Source: a virus. From it: a DNA stretch of 64,000 bases. Position 1 is the stretch's first letter; each line of letters opens with the position of its first letter. The notes beneath the pieces are model-generated. The model was not told the origin of the DNA. It did no database searches and saw nothing but the letters and a program-made list of their open reading frames with translations. The DNA is taken from IMG/VR virus record IMGVR_UViG_3300046810_000466, positions 21,169 through 85,168 of that record, one strand, 5' to 3'. The position numbers and the translations under genes are program-made. Positions 19,803 through 28,351 of the stretch are shown in pieces.

Positions 19803-20650
19803 GCTTGATATCCCATCATCAACTGGCGCACTTCCACCATAATTGCCGAGATTGCTTTTGGCTCAGCAATGAATTGTTCGAGGTTGGCTTTCACCGTTTC
19901 GTTTGGATTACCGTAGCCATCGCTTGACACCAACGCTGCTGCAAACAACTCAGCTGCTGCTTGCTTTGGTTTCATGCCTTGCAATGCTTCGTTGGTGTCG
20001 ATCAGCATGGCATACATCAAGAACGGTAACGATGGATTAACTCCCGAACGCAGGATCGCTGGCATCTGGGTAATTGTCAGCGAGATAGACAACATGAAAG
20101 TTTCGAACTTGCGATACGCATGCATGCGTTCACGGCGATCGGTCAACATGTTCTCGTCTTCATGCTGTTCGGTCTGATTGATTTCTTTCAGACGCAGCAA
20201 GAAACCGTCTGCCACATCTTCAATCATCACCAGCAACTCGTCAGCAGTGTAACGTGTCACCTGGGACATCATCACACAGAACTTCTCCAAGGTAGGAGCT
20301 TCTTCGTCAGCCAGTTCAAACAGCGACTGTGGGTTTTCGTAGTTGTCGATGTCCAACAAACCGGTAACAATGTTAGCCAGTTCATTCAATCCCAACTCTG
20401 GCACAACGGTGATGCTGTGCAAGGTCAACAGCTGGAACAATTGCTGACGGTAAACTGCCAAGATATTAGCCAGCGGCAGGCCGCTATCTTGCTCTTCTGC
20501 AGTCATGATGATTTCTTCAATCACCTGTTCGTAGTTGTCCATCTCAGCCCGTACCAATACACGATCAGCAAGGGCGATGTGGTTCTTCTCTTCTGCCGTG
20601 GTATTGGCATCGAGGAATTCACGCAGAATGTCTAACATGGTGAGGGTCAC
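19799..20650 (-). CDS. conserved phiKZ-like protein (gp79 position)
   Basis: 283 aa acidic helical ORF, ATGA-coupled to the vRNAP subunit; start may be ATG at 20638. Confidence 0.65.
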   Translation of the reverse strand: MTLTMLDILREFLDANTTAEEKNHIALADRVLVRAEMDNYEQVIEEIIMTAEEQDSGLPLANILAVYRQQLFQLLTLHSITVVPELGLNELANIVTGLLDIDNYENPQSLFELADEEAPTLEKFCVMMSQVTRYTADELLVMIEDVADGFLLRLKEINQTEQHEDENMLTDRRERMHAYRKFETFMLSISLTITQMPAILRSGVNPSLPFLMYAMLIDTNEALQGMKPKQAAAELFAAALVSSDGYGNPNETVKANLEQFIAEPKAISAIMVEVRQLMMGYQA

Positions 20651-20881
20651 CTAAAAAGTGTCAAATAGGAAATGCATGCCTGTTATTTATGCCTTAGGCG
20701 TGGTCAAATGATTGGGTTCGGTTCATCTCATTCTTTGTAACTACGCTGTGCTCGTTAGAATTTCTAATAGATAAAAAAATATCTATACAGAGGCATCGTC
20801 TGACCGTTGCCGTAGTACAAGGCTTTTAGAGATGTTTGACATCTTTCAATTGAACAAATAAAGATTAACTGGAGTTAAGAA

Positions 20882-21382
20882 ATGACCCGTAAAAGCGATG
20901 GCCGGATTAAACGCGATCTGGCAGCGGCAGCGCTCGCTGACCAAAATGTCCGCAGTCCTTATCTGGACTTGGAAGACATGTACGCTACCCAGCGCCGGCT
21001 GTTCGGTCCGTACTACCAGATGGCCAAACTGATCAGCGATCCCGAAGTTTCCAAGTACCTGGTCGACATCGTCAAGACCCTGAACCTGGTACGCGGCCTG
21101 TCCGCCGACGTCAAGGATCTGCATGAACGCACCGAGGCGTTGCACACCCGTCACGCCGGCAAGACCACGATGCCTGACCTCATCAACGAAGATGAGAACA
21201 TGGACATCCTGATGATGTTCGAGAACTACAGCATGCTGTTCAACGTGCACCAGCAAACCATCGTGCCGATCCTGACCGAGCTGGACGAACACCTGCGCGC
21301 CGCACTGCGCAACAAAGAAACAGCTGAAAGCCAAACGGCGGCGCCGGTGGCAGAAGTTGAACAAGTGGCCAACCACGGCTAA
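20882..21382 (+). CDS. hypothetical protein
   Basis: 166 aa, GGAG RBS, strong codon bias. Confidence 0.7.
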   Translation: MTRKSDGRIKRDLAAAALADQNVRSPYLDLEDMYATQRRLFGPYYQMAKLISDPEVSKYLVDIVKTLNLVRGLSADVKDLHERTEALHTRHAGKTTMPDLINEDENMDILMMFENYSMLFNVHQQTIVPILTELDEHLRAALRNKETAESQTAAPVAEVEQVANHG

Positions 21383-21393
21383 CCGAGGACGAC

Positions 21394-23043
21394 ATGAGCG
21401 ATCAAGAACAAGCGCAACCTGGCGGCATTCCACAAGTGGATGATGTCGCTGGCGGTCTGCCGCAAGAATTCCATCCAGCACAACCTTACGTTCCGCCTGA
21501 AGAATTGCTCCAAAGCACCCAGGTAGCAGAACTGTCGGCGCCTGTCGACGAAGAAGCGGACATGCTGGAAGTGGACCTGCCGCCAGTCGGCGAACCGCAA
21601 GCATTCACATCCGACACTGCTGACGAGTTCAACTGGCCTGCTCCGGCACCCAACAACAACGCCACGCTCGAGATCCCGTACTCGACGCCGGTCGCGGAAG
21701 ACAAGTGGGATGACCTGGCGACAACGCTGGCAATGCCACCTGACACCGCAGCGCGCTGGATCAACTACGCTGAACAGCAACCCAATCCTGACCTGGGCAA
21801 CAACGAAAAGGGTGAAGAATGGGTCGGCGTGATCACCGATGGTCTGGGCAATGGTTCGTTCCAAGACAACATGGCGCCAGCTGCTCGCCGCGAAGGTGCT
21901 GACTACCGTCAACGCATCATGGCTGGCGATAAGATTCTGGCGATTGCCTCGCCACGCATCCATGACGACGAAGGTCCGCTGCTGACCGGAGAACGCGGCA
22001 TGCTGCGTGTGAACGCATTGCTGGGTCGCGGTGCGTTGATCCAAGTACCGCTGTGGCATTCCGGCTTCTGGATCACGTTGAAGTCGCCGGGCGAAACCCA
22101 ACTGCTGGACACCTTCCAGCGCATCATCGACAACAAGATCACCTTCGGCCGCGCCAGCAATGGACTGGCCTTTGCTAATCACGCTGTGTATACCAATGCC
22201 GCGGTGGTTGATCTGGCGATGCAATGTCTGTACGAAACCTCGGTGCAAGGTCTGAGCAGCTGGAGCGAAGTACGCACCATGATCAAGGCGCCTGACCTGC
22301 ACATGCTGGCATGGGGCCTGGCGTGCGCTGTTAACCCTCGCGGCTTCCAGTTCGAGCGTTCGTTGATCGATCCGAAAGGTCTGGCTACCACGGTGGTGCG
22401 TGAAAACCTGAATGTCGGCGCGCTGCTGTGGACTGACCGCAACAGTCTGGACGACTGGCAGATCGCCCACATGGCTCGCCGCGTCACCGGCAGCATGACC
22501 AAGGATCAGGTCAAGTTGTATGGCGATCACTTCGTGCGTGGTACACCGAAGAGTGTGCTGTTCAACGACGACCTGGGCATGACCATGCGCGTACCGTCGA
22601 TCGACGAATACCTGATCACTGGCCAGCTCTGGGTTGATGAACTGGTGGCTGCCGTGAACGAAGCCTTCACCCAGGAAACGGATCACAAGCAACGCAACAG
22701 CTTGATCCTGGATCGCGCTAAGGCAACGTCTATGCGCCAGTACTCGCACTGGATCGAATCCTTCGACTTGCCGAAATTGAACAAGAAGATGGTCGATCGC
22801 GAAACGCTGACCAAGACCTGCGCCAGCCTGTCGTCGGACAACAGCATTCGTCTGAAGTTCTACGAGACCATGAAGGCGTACATCAACGACTCGATGGTTG
22901 CGCTGATCGGTGTACCCCAAGTGCACCCTGAAGAAAGCGGCCAGGTCAAGCCTCGTTTCGAGAACATCATCCCGCTCGATCCGATCTCGGTTTTTTTCAG
23001 CCTCCTCTCCCAAAAAATCCAACAAATCCGGATGCGTCAATAG
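21394..23043 (+). CDS. conserved phiKZ gp77-like protein; putative tail/baseplate-hub assembly chaperone (short, non-shifted form)
   Basis: 549 aa, GAGGA RBS; ends '...PLDPISVFFSLL' over a G-T7-C slippery run. Confidence 0.7.
   Translation: MSDQEQAQPGGIPQVDDVAGGLPQEFHPAQPYVPPEELLQSTQVAELSAPVDEEADMLEVDLPPVGEPQAFTSDTADEFNWPAPAPNNNATLEIPYSTPVAEDKWDDLATTLAMPPDTAARWINYAEQQPNPDLGNNEKGEEWVGVITDGLGNGSFQDNMAPAARREGADYRQRIMAGDKILAIASPRIHDDEGPLLTGERGMLRVNALLGRGALIQVPLWHSGFWITLKSPGETQLLDTFQRIIDNKITFGRASNGLAFANHAVYTNAAVVDLAMQCLYETSVQGLSSWSEVRTMIKAPDLHMLAWGLACAVNPRGFQFERSLIDPKGLATTVVRENLNVGALLWTDRNSLDDWQIAHMARRVTGSMTKDQVKLYGDHFVRGTPKSVLFNDDLGMTMRVPSIDEYLITGQLWVDELVAAVNEAFTQETDHKQRNSLILDRAKATSMRQYSHWIESFDLPKLNKKMVDRETLTKTCASLSSDNSIRLKFYETMKAYINDSMVALIGVPQVHPEESGQVKPRFENIIPLDPISVFFSLLSQKIQQIRMRQ
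22992..22998 (+). other. putative programmed -1 ribosomal frameshift site T_TTT_TTC
   Basis: X_XXY_YYZ heptamer in the correct frame; the -1 frame has no stop from here to 23516. Confidence 0.7.
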
Positions 23044-23105
23044 AGAACATCGATCACGTCGCTCACCCGCTGTTCGCAGCAGAGTTACAGAAAGACCCCG
23101 AGCAC

Positions 23106-23516
23106 GTGATCGAGGCGCTCCTCGAGCAGTTGGCACCGTACTTAGAAAGCGAACCCAAGCTTACTTCGGTACAGGCGGAACAAGTCTTGCGCAAAGCTTA
23201 CTTGTTCCACTATCACTTTTCTGACGCCAACTCGTTAGCTGCACAACCCGCATCCTTGGTGCGCTTCCATTCTGCTGAAGACTCCTTCCGCGGCTCCATG
23301 ATGGAAGACCATGCAGAACATTTTGCCGATCTTGACATTGGTGACGTGTTCCGCATCTCGTGGTTGGAATACGTTTCTCTCCCTCGCCATGAAATGCAAA
23401 TCCTGCGTAACATTGCGGAGAAGATCAAGAAACGAAAAATTAGCAGCGATAACAATAGTCTAGACGAGGCCGAGAAGTTATTGCGTGCTGCTGGGAGAAA
23501 AGTGGGAGGAGGGTAA
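23106..23516 (+). CDS. conserved phiKZ gp76-like protein; probably the C-terminal domain of a -1 frameshift fusion
   Basis: GTG start without clear RBS; frame open upstream to the slippery site; 'FRISWLEYVSLPRHEMQIL' resembles chaperone extension motifs. Confidence 0.65.
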   Translation: MIEALLEQLAPYLESEPKLTSVQAEQVLRKAYLFHYHFSDANSLAAQPASLVRFHSAEDSFRGSMMEDHAEHFADLDIGDVFRISWLEYVSLPRHEMQILRNIAEKIKKRKISSDNNSLDEAEKLLRAAGRKVGGG

Positions 23517-23518
23517 TC

Positions 23519-23983
23519 ATGGCAATCCGTTATATCAGAAACTACCGCCTGGTATTCGACGATGCTCAGGTGTTGGTGTGTACGACCAACAGTGTTGGCG
23601 TCATGGGTGCGGGAGTGGCGAAGATATTTCGGGAGCAGATCCCCAAACTGTTCTATCGTTACAAAGCGCACTGCAAGAAGCATGAGCCTAAGGAAATGGT
23701 GCCGTATGTCTTCGACCGAGAATCCGGGAAGTTTGTGTACTGCCTCCACACCAAGTGGCAATGGTGGAATCCTTCGAAGCTGGAATACGTTGAGAAGGGA
23801 CTCGAGTCCTTCGTGGCTTGGTGTAAGGAGCATGATATCAAATCCGTTGCTATGCCTCCTCTGGGATGTGGTAACGGGGGCTTGACGTTTGAAGGCGGGG
23901 AGAATCCCGACGAAGACATCAAGAACGTGATGGAACGCTACCTACAAGAGCTGGATGCGGATGTGCGTATTTACTGTCCGTAG
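23519..23983 (+). CDS. macrodomain ADP-ribose hydrolase (DarG/TARG1-like)
   Basis: 'VCTTNSVGVMGAGVAKIFR', 'LHTKWQW..PSKLEYVEKGL', 'SVAMPPLGCGNGGL'. Confidence 0.85.
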   Translation: MAIRYIRNYRLVFDDAQVLVCTTNSVGVMGAGVAKIFREQIPKLFYRYKAHCKKHEPKEMVPYVFDRESGKFVYCLHTKWQWWNPSKLEYVEKGLESFVAWCKEHDIKSVAMPPLGCGNGGLTFEGGENPDEDIKNVMERYLQELDADVRIYCP

Positions 23984-24050
23984 AAACAAAAAAAGAAACA
24001 TAGCGCATACCTCTCCCCTACCGTTAAGGTAGGGGAGAGGAGTATGCTGT
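23984..24050. terminator. bidirectional hairpin with GCATA / TATGCTGT flanks and minus-strand T-run
   Basis: CCTCTCCCCTACC-GTTAA-GGTAGGGGAGAGG perfect stem between convergent genes. Confidence 0.75.
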
Positions 24051-24054
24051 CTCG

Positions 24055-24558
24055 TTAGAAATCGTAATCGGTTAAGGATGCCAAGACGTTAAACTCGACA
24101 AAGCCTTTTTCAGGTACTGTGGTGTTGATCAGTTTCAGCAATTGTTCGCTGACTTCTGTACCAGGTAGTTTACCAAACAACAGGTAATCGCGTACGTCGT
24201 ACGCGGCAGCATTCAGATTGTCGATCTGGTAGATAGCACGGTGGTCATCTGGGAAAGCCAGTGCCCAGTCTTTCGTTTGGCGTAGCACTTCAAGTGCCAT
24301 TTGTGTTTCTTCTTTATCGCCATACCGCACTACTACTGTTTCGCCAATGTCTTCGATAAATACATTGCGTACTCCAATGTACTCGTATACATCTTGCGTT
24401 ACAAACAGACTGAGCTTGAGCGCATCACGCGACCCATGTGAAAAACTTCCCATGAGAATCTTCCCGTGTATCAGCACAATCTCATCCGTCAAGGAGTCAA
24501 GCAGCTTCAGTAGCCCCTCGGTGCCTGCCTGCTTGGGGGTTGTGTGTATGATCGCCAT
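24055..24558 (-). CDS. hypothetical protein
   Basis: 167 aa with AAGGGA RBS. Confidence 0.6.
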   Translation of the reverse strand: MAIIHTTPKQAGTEGLLKLLDSLTDEIVLIHGKILMGSFSHGSRDALKLSLFVTQDVYEYIGVRNVFIEDIGETVVVRYGDKEETQMALEVLRQTKDWALAFPDDHRAIYQIDNLNAAAYDVRDYLLFGKLPGTEVSEQLLKLINTTVPEKGFVEFNVLASLTDYDF

Positions 24559-24640
24559 CGGGTCGTTCCCTTTCTTTTGGTCCCTTCTTATGATAACGTG
24601 GCCAAATGATATCGTTAGAACGCAGGAGCGGCTCCGTATG

Positions 24641-24676
24641 ACGTCATAAAGCGCCGACCCGTAGGTCGGCGCTTTA
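24641..24676 (-). terminator. gene-end hairpin followed by TATGACGT
   Basis: TAAAGCGCCGACC-CGTA-GGTCGGCGCTTTA perfect 13-bp stem at the helicase stop. Confidence 0.75.
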
Positions 24677-26224
24677 CTAGATCATTGTGCCGTAGAAACG
24701 CTTCTCGTACGTCAGTGCGCGGAACTTGAGTAGCTCCACTTTGCGTTGGTGATACTCGATATGTTTCTCGAAGTCGTCGCAGACAAAGTACACGAAATAC
24801 ATTTTACGATCCAGGCTTGGATCTCTCAGGTTCAGGTCACGCAAGCGACCAAAGCCCTGTAGGTTCGATGGGGAGCTGTTAATTGCCACAGTCAGAATCA
24901 CTGTAGTCAATCCCGGGATGTCTTTCCCCGTACCAGCCGAACCGATGGTGGAGACGCTAATATCAGCCGTCATTAAGTCCTGGAAGTCATCACCGCCCAC
25001 AAAACGACAAACCTTCAAGTGCGGGTACAAATCCTGGACGTAATCTGCAAACATCGTACACATCTCGACGGAAGCAAAGTACACCAAACACTTGTCACCG
25101 GGCTTGTAGTTCAAATCGTAAGTGAACTTCATGCTCTCATGAACCATCCGGAAGTAGGCGTCTACTTTCCGTCTGTACTGCAGGATACTACTTTCAAACT
25201 CATGGTGCGAATACGACCCCATGCCTTTCTGCAACGTCTTAATTTCAGACGGCACCCGCACACTGTAATGCAGCGAGTAGGCAGTGACATAGCGATCGAA
25301 GTCCCCTGTGTCGTAACGGTCTGACTTAGGGTACGCCACCTGCATCATGTTGTTAACGAACATGTTATCGTTGAACATCGTAGCCGACAACGTCAGTGAA
25401 TCATGGACGTTGGTATACAGATCGAGCTTGAAGTTGAAATGGAAGTTCTCGTGCCCTTCGTCAATCAACCGTAAGCCGGCTTTAATATGCTCAAAAAATT
25501 TATGCGGTGGCACGCAGTAGCCCTCCTCTTCGAGAAGGGCTTCATGTTCTTCGTACTTGTCGATGTAACCGCGGAACGTATCCGAGCTGACAATCACAAC
25601 GTCGTAAGGGAGATCCCCTGCTTCCGCCATCAGGAGCAGCGACTTTAACGTATCACCTCCTTTGATGACAACGATGCGCTTAGGTTCGATCACACAGTTC
25701 TGCTTAAAGTCGCGCAGCCACTGGTCGATGTATTTGGGGCGAAGCATGACACACACACGCTCAGCTAAGATCGAAGCGATCCGCATTGCAGTATATGTCT
25801 TGCCTTTCCCCATTTGCATCACAATCATCTTCGAAGTCGGAGATTCAGGATTGACGCCATATGCCACAGCTGGAATCTGGTGTTCACGATCCGACAGGTG
25901 CGACTGAATCAACAGCTCCATCTTGGCTGCCTTATACGGCTCCACCGTCTTCCACTCAATCAAGTGGTCATCAATGTAATGCCGATGCAGGACTTTCTTG
26001 AACTCCTTCAGATGGTTGATGTGGTAACGAAACTCGTTTCTCGACCCCGTTGAGGCCGAGAACACCTTGAACGGCATTTCTTTAAAGGACCTGCCACGTC
26101 CTACCTTCTGCAAGGAATACTGCACCAGCGTCCTTGAGAATTCGTTAATGGCAGACCTCATGCGCGCGCTTACACGGTTGATCACGAAGTGGTGTGATGC
26201 AACCGTGATACAGGCTAATGTCAT
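24677..26224 (-). CDS. superfamily 2 DExH helicase (phiKZ gp75-like)
   Basis: Q-motif 'REHQ', Walker A 'MGKGKT', 'LIDEGH', 'LSAT', 'QGFGRLR'. Confidence 0.9.
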   Translation of the reverse strand: MTLACITVASHHFVINRVSARMRSAINEFSRTLVQYSLQKVGRGRSFKEMPFKVFSASTGSRNEFRYHINHLKEFKKVLHRHYIDDHLIEWKTVEPYKAAKMELLIQSHLSDREHQIPAVAYGVNPESPTSKMIVMQMGKGKTYTAMRIASILAERVCVMLRPKYIDQWLRDFKQNCVIEPKRIVVIKGGDTLKSLLLMAEAGDLPYDVVIVSSDTFRGYIDKYEEHEALLEEEGYCVPPHKFFEHIKAGLRLIDEGHENFHFNFKLDLYTNVHDSLTLSATMFNDNMFVNNMMQVAYPKSDRYDTGDFDRYVTAYSLHYSVRVPSEIKTLQKGMGSYSHHEFESSILQYRRKVDAYFRMVHESMKFTYDLNYKPGDKCLVYFASVEMCTMFADYVQDLYPHLKVCRFVGGDDFQDLMTADISVSTIGSAGTGKDIPGLTTVILTVAINSSPSNLQGFGRLRDLNLRDPSLDRKMYFVYFVCDDFEKHIEYHQRKVELLKFRALTYEKRFYGTMI

Positions 26225-28287
26225 ATCAACGCTTTTCCAAATGCTTGAATTGGATGTTTTCCAAATACTTGAGTCGGAGTATAGATACCGTCGAACGGGT
26301 GATCGAAGCGATTGGTGTTGATGAAGCTGGCAGGCGCCTGCAGCGCTTCGTATTGTTTCTCGAAGGCCATCAGTACCGACAAGCTACGGCCGTTCATGGT
26401 CATGGACAACACCGACGGTTGCGATGTAGTCCACGGCTTAGGCAGGCTGTAGTCGTTGTGTTCCGCCGAAACGATCGTGGTCGCGTAGAGAATGACCTCC
26501 AAGCACGACAAGTTCACGTTCAGCTTCCAGTTCACGTAATCGAACAGCTCAAGTATCATCTTGTCTGCCGATTCAATGCGTGCACGCTTGCGCATTTCTG
26601 CCACACGCGATTCCAACATCCGTGCCACTTGATCCACGTGGTCCGAATTGTTGAAGTGTTTTGCAGGCATCACCAGGACCGGGTCGTCCCAGTTCCATTC
26701 CGACATGTCGATGCGGTACTTTTCTTCGGTCGAAGTCTTGGTGCTCTTCTCACGAATCGTTGTCCAGCCTTTCTCACGGATGTAGTTCAACATCTCATGC
26801 GACAAGCTGGCATCCCGGCTACCGGCCACGCCAACAGGAACAGGGATTTTGTGCCGGATAATCCCTTCGAGTACTTCGATATTCAATACCGTCAGTTCCG
26901 AGTAGTGTTCTGGTGGATGTTCTTCCACATCGTCCACGCTTCGGATGTCATTCAAACTCTCCACTTGCGAGCGGAGCAGAATGATTGCCACTTCTTTATC
27001 TTCAATCTCCTTACTCAAGCAGTACGACGAGTTATCGGGACCACCAATGACGAACTTCCGCAATTCTGGCGAGAGTTCAATCTTGTCGAGCGCACTGGAG
27101 CGATCCAAGTGCTTGGCCGACAGCAGGGCCTGGGTAGCCTGTTCTGCCATGTTGGTAGCGCACCACTGGCCAATGTTGGCGCCAGATGGTACATTCAATG
27201 CCAGTTCGCCGAAGCAGGTCGAGCACACACCTGCTGGATCGGGATGGGCACAGTGCAGCGTTGTACGCAACCGCACCGTTTGGCCAATCAGGTTCACCAT
27301 GTTCGGCCGGATGGTTTCCAGCTGACCGGTGAGTTCGTTCAGGTAGTACTTGCCGTCCAGCAGAATCAAATCACTGGTCCGGACAATGTCACCTTGGTCA
27401 TCACGTTTGTCCGGACGAATCGTCCAGTCCAGATACTCCTTCGAACCGCAATCACAATCCTGGTGGAGGTTCTGTACGTTCTGAGAAACGAACTGCAGCT
27501 TACGGGAGAAGTACTCGGACATCCGCAGCGATTCCGCCGCGTAATACGACGAACGCGCAGCGGAACGTGTTTCCACCGCCGAGCTGTAGATGTCACGGAT
27601 ACCTTCCACGTAACTACGGGTGATCGCTGTGCTGAAGATCCGCGAGTTCATGTCCGTTGGATTACCACGTGGGCCGATGTTCTGGTGCACCTGGGTTTGC
27701 TTCAGCAACTTGGAGCGGTACTCTGCTGCAATGGGGTTGCCAATCAAACGGGTTTTGTCGTTGAAGATCTTGTCAATCACGGCGTAGACTTCATGGACAT
27801 GGATCTCGCCGTTCTGGACAGCACGGTTGGCTTCGTAGATCTCCGGCTCATCCATTGCTTCATGGAAGTGCAGGATATCAATCGTGCCAACGAAAGCGTC
27901 CGCATGCTTGATGATGCCGCAATACGCTTTGTTGTGGATGTCGTATGCCAAACGCCACAGGTCTGGATCGAGTTTCACGCGCTCTGGCGCGCTGAACGCA
28001 CGATAGGTGTCATACACACACATCATGGTTGTACCGAGCAGCTCGCTGTCGATCCCGATCGACAAGCGACGTCCCTTGGACACGCCGCGCAGATGGTGCT
28101 CCTTCAACAACGGAGTGGCCGGGTAAGCGCGATGGAAGTCCCACACGTAACTACTGTAGCAGGTCTCCGCTGCATTGGTTTTGAATTCCTCACCATTGTC
28201 CATGACGAGGATGAATTCGCCGGTAAGCCAGTCCCACAGCTCATCGGCAGGTATGCCTAGCAAATAACGGGCGTCGATACGTTTCAT
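26221..28287 (-). CDS. non-virion RNA polymerase beta-prime-like subunit (phiKZ gp74-like)
   Basis: 'SEYFSRKLQ', 'DCGS', 'LRTTLHC...GVCSTCFG', 'TQALLSAKH' trigger-loop-like motif. Confidence 0.9.
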   Translation of the reverse strand: MKRIDARYLLGIPADELWDWLTGEFILVMDNGEEFKTNAAETCYSSYVWDFHRAYPATPLLKEHHLRGVSKGRRLSIGIDSELLGTTMMCVYDTYRAFSAPERVKLDPDLWRLAYDIHNKAYCGIIKHADAFVGTIDILHFHEAMDEPEIYEANRAVQNGEIHVHEVYAVIDKIFNDKTRLIGNPIAAEYRSKLLKQTQVHQNIGPRGNPTDMNSRIFSTAITRSYVEGIRDIYSSAVETRSAARSSYYAAESLRMSEYFSRKLQFVSQNVQNLHQDCDCGSKEYLDWTIRPDKRDDQGDIVRTSDLILLDGKYYLNELTGQLETIRPNMVNLIGQTVRLRTTLHCAHPDPAGVCSTCFGELALNVPSGANIGQWCATNMAEQATQALLSAKHLDRSSALDKIELSPELRKFVIGGPDNSSYCLSKEIEDKEVAIILLRSQVESLNDIRSVDDVEEHPPEHYSELTVLNIEVLEGIIRHKIPVPVGVAGSRDASLSHEMLNYIREKGWTTIREKSTKTSTEEKYRIDMSEWNWDDPVLVMPAKHFNNSDHVDQVARMLESRVAEMRKRARIESADKMILELFDYVNWKLNVNLSCLEVILYATTIVSAEHNDYSLPKPWTTSQPSVLSMTMNGRSLSVLMAFEKQYEALQAPASFINTNRFDHPFDGIYTPTQVFGKHPIQAFGKALI

Positions 28288-28351
28288 TGTTGATTCTTTC
28301 TAAAAACACCACTCCGGGGTGAACGGAGTGGTTCGTGCTGTTATTATGCTT

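Noticed and set aside
22910-23224. 104-aa ORF spanning the slippery site (+1 frame)
   Set aside because: Arg/Ser-rich non-protein-like translation; the -1 frame, not this one, connects to the conserved downstream ORF
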